Positions 13,926-27,394 of a DNA stretch of 64,000 nucleotides are shown piece after piece (within the stretch, counting starts at the first letter, position 1; every line of letters begins with the position of its first letter). The position numbers and the translations under genes are program-made. Under the pieces are notes generated by a model, which saw nothing but the letters and a program-made list of their open reading frames with translations, searched no databases and had not been told where the DNA came from. The stretch lies in the NCBI RefSeq assembly GCF_009914755.1, contig NC_060935.1; one strand, written 5' to 3'. The DNA is from the human T2T-CHM13v2.0 reference genome, Homo sapiens.

Positions 13926-14820
13926 CTAGAGGCTGAAAATTATTCTGCTTTTTGTTCTCAGGGCTGCAGTTGACATTGTTGCTGCAAATTTCAGAGTTAA
14001 CACGGTGATAATAGAAATCTAAATATTCATCTGGCAATTAAAGAATAATTCTAATTACAGTCATACAAGCTGTTGGCCTTTTGGTCCTAATTTCTGCACA
14101 GCATAAAAGTAATTATAACTTTTCATGAAATATATGCCAGGCTTTCTTTGTTGAAAGTTCTTTAGATCAGAGCACCTGTCTCTACTTGGGTGTCCTGGGT
14201 ATTCTTCACTTGCCTTGAATGCAGTTTGGTCTTCAGTATTAGTTTCCAGCAAGGGAACACAGGCAGAGTCAGGGTGTGATCAGGGCTGACTGCTGAGACA
14301 CTGCTAGGATGTGAGGCAGGCCTGGTTCACACCTTGGCATCGGCCTGCAGACAAGTGTTTCTCCTCCGTGTGTGCTGACATCAAAAGGCCTCGCCAACCT
14401 CCTTCCTACCTCACAGGGACATTTCTTCTTGAACCAGTGACATGGGAGGTCCCCTGCTATCCTTGATCAATTTCCTGTCTGCCTCAATTTTCATGTCTTT
14501 GGAGGCCAAAGAAAAAATAATTTGAAAATGCCACAGAAGGTAGTGAATACACACTTTGCTGTTCTTCTGATGGGAAGGGTTGACTTGCTCTGGGACAGGC
14601 TCACCTTTGGGAGGGATCTCACATTAGCAGCGTGTCTTGGCCACACGGATGCTCAGCCCCCCGAGTGCTGCAGGTTACTTGGCTAGTGTTTCTTGACACA
14701 GTCTTTCAAGGCTTGAGTCCTTTCAGGTTCTCCTGCCCAGAGCGAGCCATATTTATTTTATTTAACAAAGGGTGCTTGATATTAACTCATTGAATGCTCA
14801 TACAGGTCTTAAAAGATACC

Positions 14821-14960
14821 TTTTATTTATTTACTTATTTATTTAGAGACGGAGTCTTGTTATATTGCTCAGGCTGATCTCAAACTCCTGGCTTCAAGTG
14901 ATCCTCCTGCCTCAGCCTCTGGAGAAGCTGGGATTAAAGGCATGAGCTATGGTGCCTGGC
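14821..14960 (-). mobile_element. Alu monomer (FLAM-like)
   Basis: (TTTA)n tail then gagacggagtcttg..gatcctcctgcctcagcctc..ggtgcctggc. Single arm only. Confidence 0.85.
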
Positions 14961-14978
14961 TGAGTTATTTTTATTTCT

Positions 14979-15446
14979 TGTGGTAGGGCCCCCAAGGATG
15001 TCCACATCCTAATCCTCAAAACCTGTGAATAAGTTACTTTATATAGCGACACGGGTTTTCTAGATGCGATTGAGTTAAGATCTTGACATAGGAATGTTAT
15101 CCTTGATTATCCAGGTGAATCCAGTGTCATCACAGAAGTTCTTGTAAGAGGGAGGGAAGAGGGTCAGAGTCAGAGACTCAAACGTGATTAAGGAAGCAAA
15201 GGTCAGAAGGATATACTCCCCTGAGCCAAAGAATGAGAGCAGCCTCTAGAAGCTGGAAAATAGAAACTAGGAAATTGATTTTCCCCTAGAGCCCCCAGAA
15301 TAAATGAAGATCTGTCAACAACTTGATTTTTGCTATGTAAGACTCATTTAGAACTTCTGACTTCTAGAACTGCAAGATAAAATTGTGTCATTTTAAGCCA
15401 CTGAGTTTGCGATAATTTGTTATAGCAGCAATAGAAAATGAATACA
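14979..15446 (+). mobile_element. MLT1D-like MaLR LTR
   Basis: tgtggtagggcccccaaggatgtccacatcctaatcc..ttgttatagcagcaatagaaaatgaataca. Confidence 0.8.
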
Positions 15447-16097
15447 CCAAGCCACAGAAGGTTAGGTAACATGGCCAAGATCATAGCAAAATGTGATAGA
15501 GCCAGGATTTAGATGTAGGTTGAGCTACACGCTTAGCTATCACATTATACTGACCTCTCACCTAGGGCCTTTCTCAAGGTGATGTCCTCTGGATTCACCA
15601 AACAAATGCAGGGGGAATGGTGCCCTTTCACTTAGGTGGAATAGAACTTAATTGAACATCATCAAACAAGACTGAATTAGCCTGGGTTGGGGAAACTGTC
15701 TGCCTGGCTCCTGCACTCTGCCCCCTGACAGCATTGTTAACTTGTATCCAACCAGGTAAAACAGCTGTCCCTAAAATCCCACCCATGGACTTGACTGTGA
15801 GGATAAACAGTGACCTCTTTCCCCTCTATGTTATGGTGCACACAAGGATGTTTCACAAGGGGGACTCAAAGCAGGGCATAATTGGCATTTATTCAAATTG
15901 TACTTAATTGAATACTTCATCTGCACCTCCAGAAAACCACATGGGGTACAGGCTCTGTAAAGAGGAAGTAATTTTCATTAACAGGATCTAAATTAGTCTG
16001 ACACAAAGACCTACGTGGTGCCTGTGACACGGCTAATAATTACTGTGTAATGAACCCGTTGCCGCAGACAAAGATTTCCTTTTCTTTTCCTAGTTTG

Positions 16098-16160
16098 TCC
16101 TTCCTTCCTTCCTTCCTTTACCTCCCTTCCTCCCTCCTTCCCTCCTTCCTTCCTTCCTCC
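16098..16160. repeat. (CCTT)n/(CCCT)n microsatellite
   Basis: Direct inspection. Confidence 0.9.
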
Positions 16161-18008
16161 ATGAATCTGCATGTCAAGTAAGTGTTTTTATTCAGAAAGG
16201 CCAGCCTGGTGATGGTGGGATGTCTCAGCCCCTGTGTGGTGGAAACAGAGTCCATGCTTTCTGCTAACAGCCCAGAGATAGCCAAACAAACTCTAAACTG
16301 ACATGGACTTGGCCGTGTACCTCCTCCCTCATAAGAATGTGCACACGATGCCTCTTGGGGAACTTTCCAACCCAGCTTTTTCCTCTAACTCCTTCCACTG
16401 AGCCCACAAACGCAATCTTAAAAAGTGCAAAAACAAGTAAATAAATACGTAAAAGAGCCTCTAAGTCCTAAACCTCCTTTAGTCCTATTATTTTCTTAAC
16501 TGCAAATAGGAGCTAGTCACCCCCTTCTTAAAACACCTGGTGGTACAGAGTTGCTTTCAGGATAAAGGTTCTGGAGTATTCTCCTGTCCTTCCTCTGGCA
16601 ACCCACTGTAGTCATGCTTATCCAACCAGGCCCCTGATGGGGTCTGAGCTGGGAGGGGTTGTCACACACACAGATGCTGCAGCAGCCAAAGAATGTGGAA
16701 TCCCCTTCCAATATGTGTTTAGAAGGAAAGGGGAGAGATAGATATTCTATTAATATGGTAAAGTTTTTCCTTTCTGTTTAAAAGAAGACATTTTTAAATG
16801 TATTTGTTATCCAGAGTAAAATAGTAATATGTGTTATCCAGAGTAATTAAAATGTAGATAATACTCTTTCTTGGTAGACATAACATTACTATCCAGTTTC
16901 AGAATTTTAGCTGCCTGAATTCTACTCAGTAGACTGTCAACTGCTGTCTCAGCGGAGGGGGGACACAGTTTTTGCTTATACCATCCTGCAAGCTTTGAAG
17001 AAACCTTTCGAGAGAGAGGCTTGTACCAGTGAGAAGTGTTTTTAAATTTTATTTTATTATTCATTTTAATTACCACTTGAGAGCGCTGTCCATTTCTGTG
17101 AAAGTGGGTGAATTTTCATCTTGCTATTTATGTCAGGAGCAGTGTTGTGGGTGGTATCTGAGTTAACAGGTGCCATGTTCCCAATCTATTCCAGTAGCAT
17201 TTTGGCACCCTTTTGCAGTTTGGGGTCCCTGGAATGAGTCCTCTGTCAGGCCATTCCTTAATCCAGTTTGTGCTGTGAGTTCTTTTCTCCCTTGACTGTA
17301 CCAGGGGAGGCTGGTTACAACCCACAAAGCTGTAACTGAGACTCACTGTCCACCTGGTGTCAATACCCCATTTCCTACAGGCAGAGACTTTCAGTGATGA
17401 CTGATAAGCGAGGCTTACCACAGACTTGCAATGTGCAGCTGAGTATGCACTTTCTCATCAGATTCCATGTAATACCCAATGCTTGATAACGCTGCCTCTT
17501 CCTACTCATGCCCTCTAACGTGACCTTAGCCTTCATTCATCACAGGTTGAAAGTAGGTGAGGGTTAGTATCCAGGAAAGAAGCTTGGATGGAAGAAGTCA
17601 ATCCAGAGTAAGAGCTAGCTGTCAGGAGGACAAGCCAGCACAGAGGAGTTTCAGGGGCCAGGGACCTGCTGGTTCTGTCTGCATTTCAGGACTGGGGACC
17701 AGAGCAGAAAGACAACCGGGCCCCAACTTCACCCAGGGTTATGCTAGTCTTTCCAGGGTGTCCTGGGGCCCTTGGGGGCCGTCCTATAGCCATAGGCTGA
17801 TAAATGGGCATTAGTCACCGGGGAAATACATCTGGGTGGCAGGAGCCCATAAGGATGGAAGAAAATGCCGTGGAAGGATAGGCCCGGTGGACAGGAAGGA
17901 GTCACGGGATAAAAGGAAGCTTTGTAGCCCCTGGCTGACCTGTCTGTAGGGAGGACTATTAGGATCAGGTGTGCTCATTTTCTGAGGTTTCTAAATTATC
18001 TTTTCCAG

Positions 18009-18695
<687 letters not shown>

Positions 18696-19499
18696 TCAGG
18701 GTGGGGGGGTGGTGGTTGCTATTTTAATAGGGTCATGAGGAGAAGGCAAATATTTCATTATGATCCTCAAATAAAAAAAATCTATTCCTACCAAGGGATA
18801 CATTCCAACTTTAAATTGTTCCTATCTTATTGGATTTGGCCACAGTAGAAAGCTGAGGAAGGGGTGAGAATGGGAGAGCAGGTCAGGGCAACCTGAATGT
18901 CTTGAGCCCTCACTGAGTGCATCTCTTCTCCCACTTGCTCCCTTGTTCCATCTTGTGCTGAACATGTCACCAAGGTCCAGGTGGGGTGGGCCAGGTTTCA
19001 TTGGCCTGGAAGCTGATCTAAGCTGTTTCTGCCAAAGGACAAGGTGGTGGCTGCCTTGCAGCTGGGAGCAGAGATGGTGAGGGCTTCCTGTGACTGGGAA
19101 ATAAGGGAGCAATTAGCAACCGGTTGGAAACCAGAGACGCTAATGAGGCGGAGTGAGCTGGGAGCCTGTGCCCGCTGCCTCTGCTCTTGCTAAACCCCCT
19201 TCTCCCAGGCTTCCCTGCTGTCTTAACAAACATACACTTTCCCATCCCCCATTGCTCTGTTACTAATTGAAGGACATCATTTTGTGTTAATTTTATGTGA
19301 TTGAGCTAATAATGAGAAACTTTGCTGAGCCAGCTGAGGCCATGAAGCTGAGCTACTGCATCTGTGCTCCGTTCTTTCGGTACTTATAGAGCCTTACGTT
19401 GAAGTGTTCAGTGGGAGTGGGTCTCCATAGGCCTGTGAATTTGAGATTGGAATATCTGGCATCTGTAGAGGGTTTTATGGTTCACAAAGTGCTATTGAC

Positions 19500-19885
19500 T
19501 GACTGAATCAGTAAACAGTTATTGAGACCTAATATGTGCCTGGCATTGTGCTAGACAATGAGAACAGAGATAACTAAATCCCTGTCTTTGTCCTAGAGGA
19601 TCTCACAGTCTAGACAGAGAGCACAACTTAACAAAAGTGACATATGATAAAAATATAACATCTACAATAGAATAATGCAACAGAGGGAGGTTGGCATGGT
19701 GGTTGAGGTTGAAAACTGGAACCATACTCTGTGGGTTTGAATCCTGGCACTGTTGTTTACTAACCATATGACCTCTCTGTTTTTTCATCTGCAAAATGAG
19801 AATAATCCCTACCTCATAAGGATGTTGTGAGGATTAACATGAAGCACGTTAGAAGATTGTCTGGCACAGAATGAGCACTATGCTA
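19500..19885. mobile_element. L2 (minus) plus MIR (plus) fragments
   Basis: ttattgagacctaatatgtgcctggcattgtgctag and tttgaatcctggcac..catctgcaaaatgag. Confidence 0.65.
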
Positions 19886-21325
19886 AGCCCCCCTGCTCTT
19901 TCAGGAAACAGTGGCAGTCTCACGGGGTTTACCTGAAGAGAGTTTAATGAAGGAGCTATTTTCCAAAGCAGGGCAGGATTTGAGGAATCAACAATGGTGT
20001 CAATGCAACTGGTGTCTACTGGAAGACAGGCCTCTAAGGTCTGGACAGGGCAAATCTTGTTGTGCAGACTGGGCTTTGAGAGTCCATGGTCTAAATAACA
20101 GGTTGCAAACTTAGATGCCTACAAAACTCAGACAGGTAATGTAAATGGACGAGGCGAGCTCACCAGAGACAGGATCAATCTCTTTTAAAGAAGGAACTCA
20201 TAATAAGCTTTAACAATTTGTTGTGCAGAAATGAGGTCCTAGGGTTAAAATTCAGGAGGCAGTTTCAGAAGTCAGAAATCTAGATTTTTATAGAAATCCT
20301 CCAGTTAGCACACTATCAAAAATCTAAAAAATTGTAGACACTATATGGGGCAACAAAACAAAGCAAAACTATATCCTTGGGTCATGTCTGGCTTAAGTTC
20401 TAAGCTGGCAGGAGCCACTGGGTGCAGAAGAGGGGAGTGTGGGATGGGCAGTTGGGCAACAGCTCACACAGAAGATGAACTTTTGCTACAACCTGCAGGG
20501 TGGAGTTTTTTAGATGGAGCGTCAAGAGGGAAAATGGCATCCCTTGTAGAAAGAAAGAGTGGGTAAAGGCAAGGAGGTATGAGCGGACATGGGTATGGTT
20601 TCTAGAACAATCAGAAGACAAATCTGGTTTCAGGGAGAGGTAGGAGGCTTCTCAGCAGAGATTATTCGGTTGAAATCTCTCAGTCTAACTACTGCACCCT
20701 TTTCCAGGTTGAATTTACTCTAAAACATTTGATCTAGTCAATATCCAGCTTAGGTTTGGATCACCTCTTACCTGGGGGATTCATCACCACTGGACCTGTC
20801 TCAGAAGCAGCCAGTATCAGAAGTGAAGAGGTGATGTAGAGAAACCAGTTATCTGAGTTTCTTTCGTTTTCTTAATCCTAAATGTGATGCTACATCTGAA
20901 TTTTAATAGCGGCTCCCCCAACTGCTAACCATGTGACACTGGGCAAGATACTTCACTTCTTTCTGGGCTTCAAAATGGAATTGTAATGGTACCTAATACA
21001 TGAGGCTACTGGAAGGTTTTAGGGCATTATGCATTTACTATGCATTTAGCACAGTGCTGAGTGTGTAGTAAAAGCTCAATAATAGCATTAAAAAATAAAG
21101 ATGTCTTCAGATGCTCCTCCCAAGTATAGTGACTTGGTACATGGAGACACCCTCAGGAGAAGAAGGCATGGAGGAACAGCCTTGTCCAGCTTCCTCCCTG
21201 TGGGTGAGACCCCTGAAGTCATCCTGACAGCCTTTGCTTGCACCCTGCAGCCATCTGTCCAGCTGGCCCCATGGGGAAGGCTCCATGCTGGGGTAGGTAC
21301 CAACTGTTCCTTGCTTCCTGCCTAG

Positions 21326-21481
21326 GGGTCCAGCTTATCATGGGCATGCTGTCTGAAAAACCAAGGTCTGGGACTCCTGCTGAAGTGGCAGCCTGTGAGC
21401 GAGTCCAGCAGAAAGCTGCAGTGACCCTGGCTCGTCTCAGCCGAGACCCAGATGTGGCACGGGAGGCCGTGCGGCTCAGCT
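21326..21481 (+). CDS. INSC: INSC coding exon (GVQLIMGMLSEKPRSGTPAEVAACERVQQKAAVTLARLSRDPDVAREAVRLS-C)
   Basis: ttgcttcctgcctAG acceptor and T|gtgagt donor. 156 nt, phase 1 to 1. The peptide is visible within ORF 21238..21546. Confidence 0.95.
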
Positions 21482-21744
21482 GTGAGTGGTGCTTTCTGGC
21501 TGTGGCTGGAGTGGAGTGGGGGTATTGGGGGTGGGAGCAGCTCTGATTTCACAGTGGCAACAGTGGACACAGGGCAAGAGCTGGCTGGCATAAGCCCTGT
21601 CTCTGGGGGCTCAGGGGTGGAGGCTCAGGGGTGCAGCCGCTGGTCTAGTTTGTAACTTGGGGCCGAAGCAAGAGGGAGAAAGGACCTAGAGAGGTGAAAG
21701 TTGGCCAGAACAGTGACTCACCTGCAGACTGTTAATAAGAACCC

Positions 21745-22290
21745 CATTCTTTCATTCACTCATTCATTTATTCACTTGCTCAGTTATTCATATACTCATT
21801 TATTTACTTGTCTACTCACTTGTTCATTTACTCATTAATTTATCCTTTAGTTCATTTATTCATTAACCCATTCATGACTTCATTATTCACTATTAACTCA
21901 TTCATTAATTCACCCATTAACATGCTCATTCATTCAGTCACTTATTTACCCAACAAATATTGTCAGAGCACCCACCCTATGCTAAGCTCTGTTCTGAGCG
22001 CTGGGCATGTAACACTGGATATGACATTGTCCTGACCCCAGGGGCTCACAGCCTCATGGAGGTGACAGATAAAAAAAGAGATATTCTCACTTCAGTATCA
22101 TGGGAGTGACACCCAAAGCATGTCCATGGTGCATTTGGCATGCACAAGAAGTAGCTCATGTTTATCTGGGTGAGTCAAAGAATGGTTTAACAAGGGGGTG
22201 AGTCCTCTGCTGTGGTTTGATGGGTAAGTTGCTCCTATGTGAAGGCTGAGAAAGGGCTCTTCGGGAAGAAGCATGAGAAAAGGCATGGCA
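21745..22290 (-). mobile_element. L2 3' end with expanded (TTCA)n tail
   Basis: About 200 bp of degenerate ttca/ctca repeats, then caacaaatattgtcagagcacc..ctgttctgagcgctggg. Confidence 0.75.
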
Positions 22291-22853
22291 GTGTCACCAA
22301 TCATCCAGGTACCCAGAGGGACAGCCTGGGGCAGCAGAGGGTTCCTGTTCCTTCAAGACCTTACAGAAGATGGACACACAGACTGCATTTGCATACCTTC
22401 TACTACTATCGTATAATGAGGGTGTCTTTTTTTTCTTAAAGTGTAAAAAGAAGTCAGTCTGCATTGCAAAGCTAAGTCATTCACTTAACTCTCCTCAGTA
22501 AAGCCCTAGGAAATATTAGTAGAGTCTGTAGTTTTATTTTATTTTAGCCACAGTATATTTTCTGATTGAAATTGGCACTTGAGAAAAAAAAAGACACAGT
22601 TAGGAATTTTGTCTGGTAAAGATTCAAATGTTAACCCGCATCTGTGGGTTTGGCTTGGACTCTTCAGCTTGGCCTGACCCTGACCCGGGTCTGTTCACCA
22701 CTGAGGGAGTAGTAAGTTTCCACCACAGACTCCCCGAGGTGGGTTCAGTCCCCTTCTCTGGCAGATTGGGTGTGCAAGGGAGGCCCAGAACCTCTGGGTC
22801 AGGCCTGGCTGGGCCCTGTCCTGGGCCTGAGGCTCTCCCTGTGTCTCCTACAG

Positions 22854-22930
22854 GCATGTCCCGTCTCATCGAGCTCTGCAGATCCCCATCAGAGAGGAAC
22901 AGCAGTGACGCCGTGCTTGTGGCCTGCCTG
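22854..22930 (+). CDS. INSC: INSC penultimate coding exon (CMSRLIELCRSPSERNSSDAVLVACL)
   Basis: tgtctcctacAG acceptor and CTG|gtgagt donor. 77 nt, phase 1 to 0. Confidence 0.95.
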
Positions 22931-24047
22931 GTGAGTTCTCAGTCTTCCCCCAGCTTTTCCCCTGGCCTTCGGAATGCAGCCAAGGGGGCCAGGAGAACCG
23001 GCTGTGCTGTGGCTGGCTTCAGTAAGCCATAAAACCTCTCTGGGCTTTAGCTTTTCTCTTTAGGATTGTGAACATTGTAATATTTGTTTCACTTAATTCA
23101 TAAAATCATGATGAAAATTATATGAGGTCATATGTGTGAAAGATGAGGGCTGAGAAACTCCCTCTTCCCTCTGTTCTACCACTACAATTTTAGGAACCAG
23201 GAACCTTTGAGGTTCCTGTGGAACGCTAGCTGGTCGTGTCTATGTCATGGTGCCTGCAGAACATGGGAGCTAGGATAGGGATATCCCCTGCCTATTCCAA
23301 AGGGAATAAAGTGAGAAAAACCTCCACTTGTCCCTACAGGGAGCCCATCTGCTGGTGCTCTTCCAGCATTGTAGCTCTCTCCTCCTTTGTGGAATAGAAA
23401 GAGAAGGAACATGACAAGACAGAGTGGACTATTCAGCAGCCACCTGGATCTTCACCTTGAACACAAGCAAGTGTCTCCTAGGAAGTCCCCACCCAACTTC
23501 TTTTTGCTAGGGGTCCACCATGAAATAATCAATAGTACCAGAGAGAAAATGCATGCTTCGTCTATATATTCTTCCCTACTAGGTCTCTAAGGACTCCCAA
23601 AGTAGAGTAGCTTCCATTTAGGAACATTTAGGAGTAGGGAAGCCACTCTATAAACACAACCCTTAACTTCCAGAAGAAAGTGCTGGCTCTTGTGTTCAAA
23701 GAACATAAGGGGGAAGTGATGGATTTAAAGATCCTTCAAGCTGTCTCACAGTAAAGTCCTCTCCTCAGCCCATTTTGAGCTGAGCTTGTCTCTTTTCTGG
23801 GAGTTTCTGATGGGCGTTGTGCCGTTGTAGAAACAGTGGGGCATTGCAGTCAATCAGACCTGTCTTGGTTGTACCATTAATGAGCTGTGTGACATTTGAT
23901 AAGTCACTCAGTGCTATACATTTTATTCAATAAATGTTTATGGAATGATTCTGCGTTCCATTCACTGTTCTAGGCTATGGGGATACAGCTGCAGGTAAAA
24001 AAGACAAACATCTCTGCCCTCCTGCTGTGGTTTTTATTTTGGCACAT

Positions 24048-24510
24048 TCAAGGTAATCTTAATCTTTTTGTATCTTTGGTACTCTGGTGAAGCTTACGGA
24101 GCCCTTCTCAGAATAATCCTTTAAATGCAAAAAAGTAAAATATATAGAATTAAAACCAAAGTGAATTATATTAAAAATTATTAAACTATTTAAGTATGTG
24201 ATATATTAATATATTTGCTTTTTAGTCAACACATCATTAAATAAGACCTAGCAGTAAGCCTAGTAAGTATTGTCATCTTGACTCATGTGGACCATAAATG
24301 GTATTTGAAAATATTTTCAACAACTTTCACGGGCTGTGAAAGTATTTGTAATTTCTACTGGGAAATCACAAATCACAGGGTTTGTGAAGATGCCATGGTT
24401 TGTTGCTGCATTCACATTGCAACTGAAGGAAATGCTAAGTTTCAGTTACAGGTTGGTGAAAATAAAGATGTAACTTTTTCTCATTCAAGTTCACAGATCC
24501 TCTTAATTCT
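24048..24510. mobile_element. MER119-like hAT-Charlie element
   Basis: tctggtgaagcttacggagcccttctcagaataat..ggtgaaaataaagatgtaac..caagttcacaga. Confidence 0.6.
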
Positions 24511-26049
24511 GCCTGTTCTAGCAAGTGAAGTGAGAGGAAATTAACATGTAATGATTGGCCCCAACTACCACTGCCTGACACTGAATAGGCCCTGAGGAAA
24601 TGTTGGTAGCATTGAAAGCACTTGGGAAACTATAAAACTCCATTCAGATATGAAGGCTTGTGATTATTACAGCTATCATTTTTATTAGTGTGAAGGAGAG
24701 CACACAGAAGAGCTTGGCTACTATCTTTAATCACTTGAAGGACTTTCAAGCCGAAAAAGGATTATATCTTGTGGATGAGTTGGTGGATGCTGAAGAGAAC
24801 CCCTCCCTCCCTAATCCATTCTCCGTGTGGCTTCTGAGTTAATTTTCCTAATGACAGTTTATAATCATGACACTTTCATGAAACCCCCATGGAACCTTTC
24901 TGTGGTTCCTCATTATCTCTGGGCCACTGTCCATCTGTTCGGCCCTTCTCAGTCTGGCTCCAACCCATCCCTAGGGCTGCAGACCTACCACTCTCTCCAG
25001 GCCCTGTCCACCTGGGCTAAGCCAGAACACCCTGAACTGTGCCGTGATCCTTGCTCCCAGCAAATGTTTTCTCTGTAAATCTGTGTATTAAAATTCTGCC
25101 AATCCTTCCAAGCTTAGATCTAAATCTCTCTTCTTCACAAAATTTTCCAGGAGCTCTCTGTGGTGCAAAGCCAGAGAGTACACAGCATGAACCTGAGCCT
25201 CCTCTCTTGGGTTTTGTTTGACCAAGTCCAAGGCAGGTTCCATTATCTTTGTCCCAGGTGTTTTAAGGGGAGGCTCTTGGAATTCAGACATAGGCCTGCC
25301 TGATTCTAGAGGCCTGCACTTTTCAACCAGACCATCTTGTTCCAAGCCATGCTCTTTCTCTCCCACTCTCTTACAGCACTGGTCTCCAGCACTGACTCAT
25401 GGAGGAGGATTTGTACTTTTCCCCCTCTAGCCTGGAACCTTCCCAGGGCAGAGGACTTTTTCCAGCATTTTGTATATCCATGGGACCTTGAGTTTGGTGA
25501 CTATGTATTAATTGATTTGGGGACTGACAGACTTGCTTCCTCTTTTCCTAGCTCCCAGTCTTGGGGGTGTCCATGGTTTGTCCCTAGGAGTGTTCCAACA
25601 TTTGAGTGTGGTCTCCTGGTTGGTGAGATTCACTTGGAGCCTAGCCTGGCAGATGGAGTTAGAAGCCACCATTCCTGCTCTTCCCCAAGGCGTTTCCCAG
25701 CTTCAAAGGCTCCCTTCAGGTAGAGGGAGGAAGTTTCACTTATTGTCTCCCCTGTCTGGGAAAGTGGCAGTGCAGATCATCTCTCCCAAAAAGAATGGAT
25801 TTTTCCTGAATGAAGCAGCTGTCAGTAGGTTGCCAGGCTTGTTTAATGCTTGGGTGTTTTCAGGCTGTCTGGGAATGAGATTCTAGGATGACTAGCTGTT
25901 TAACCCTCCCAGAGAAGCAGAGGCTGAGAGAAGGGTTGGCAAGGGTGCAGGGTCCTTTGAGGCTGCTGCACACTGAGGAGGGGGTGCTCTGAGCTACTGT
26001 AGGGTTCATGTCCTGTAGACTTTCTGGGGGCCCTGGGGAGGTAAGGGTG

Positions 26050-26520
26050 TCTCTTCTCTCTCTGCCGCTCTCTGTTGTGTTTTGGTTTCTGCTTTGCTCT
26101 CTTTCTAGGGTTTGCCTTCTCTCTTAGCAGTTTCTCTTTCTTCTTTCCCTTCTTCCCCTCTTTTTATCACCATAACTCCTTTCTCTCCTTCTCTACTCCT
26201 TCCTTTTTCTCTCTGCCTCCTTACCTCACCCTACCTCTCTCCTATTATCTCCCCTCCCCCTAAGGGCTCTCTCTTTTATTTTCTTTGCCACTATTTCTTT
26301 TTTTTTTTTCCTCCATCTCTTTTTTATACTTGGTCTTTTTTCTTCACCAAGTTCATCTCTGTCTGTTTTAATATTTCCTTCTTGTTCTTTTTTCTCTGTT
26401 GTCTCTTTTTCTCTGTTTCTTGGCTATTTCCCTTTTCTGTCTTATTTGCTCTCTTGATAGGTCTATGTTCTATTTCGCTCTGTCTCCTTGTCTCCCTTCT
26501 TGCTTTATTTTTATCCCTAA
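26050..26520. repeat. CT-rich low-complexity tract
   Basis: About 470 bp dominated by C and T on the + strand. Confidence 0.9.
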
Positions 26521-27394
26521 TGATGCAAAAATGCATTGGTGGCCTTGTTTCCTCATCTTCAGAAAATCCCTGGTTCTGTTTTCATGGTGACAACTCAGGG
26601 AAAATGGGGTTATCTTTCCCAGTTGGAGCCAAGAAGAATCAGAAAGTGCTGTGAAGTTTACCCTTGTTAGTCTATGGGGTAAACCACGCCCCATGAGAGT
26701 CGAGATGTGTGTGTTAGAGGCAGTTCTGGGGAGTCTACTTCCTGTTGCTAGGGTCACAGACCCTGCTCATTAATGCACAGAGACACACGCTCCTTCTCTT
26801 TGACCTGGCCTGGACATGACAGCACCTGTGACTCCCAGCAACCAGCTCAAACTATCCTCTCTTTTCACTTTGTTGGCCTGATTTCTCAGCAACAGGCTAC
26901 CTGCCATGTCCAGGTAATGAGTGGTACCCCTGCCTTGTGCTCAATATAACCTTGTATCCTGGGGTTGCAGCATCCTACCTGTGTGCATAGGTCTGAGTGC
27001 CCTGGAGTCAGACTCCTGTGTGATGTCTGGAAGGCCACTTTCCCCCTCTGAGCCCTAGTTTCCTTATTTCCAAAAGGGAGATCATGACACTTAGCTTGCA
27101 GCATCATGTAGGGATTAAGTGAGGTGCTATGGGGAGATTCTCAGTGTTTGCATTCCCTCCTTCTTTGCTTCTTTTGCCATTCTAGATATTCCCCCACTCT
27201 TTTTGCTTCCAGGGGTGGGAGAGGAGGGGCACCTTGTTCCCTGCTGTGTATATGCTCAGGAAGAGGGAAGAAATTAATATTTATCAAGCACTTAGCATGC
27301 ATTGTCTCAGTTAACTGGTAAACAGGTCTAGGTAGGTGCACAGCTCACATTTAGTTTCAGGTTGCTCTATCAGCAGATCTCAATATTAAAGCAC

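Noticed and set aside
26075-26654. Hydrophobic 180-aa ORF as a membrane protein
   Set aside because: The F/L/S composition is a by-product of the CT-rich low-complexity tract.
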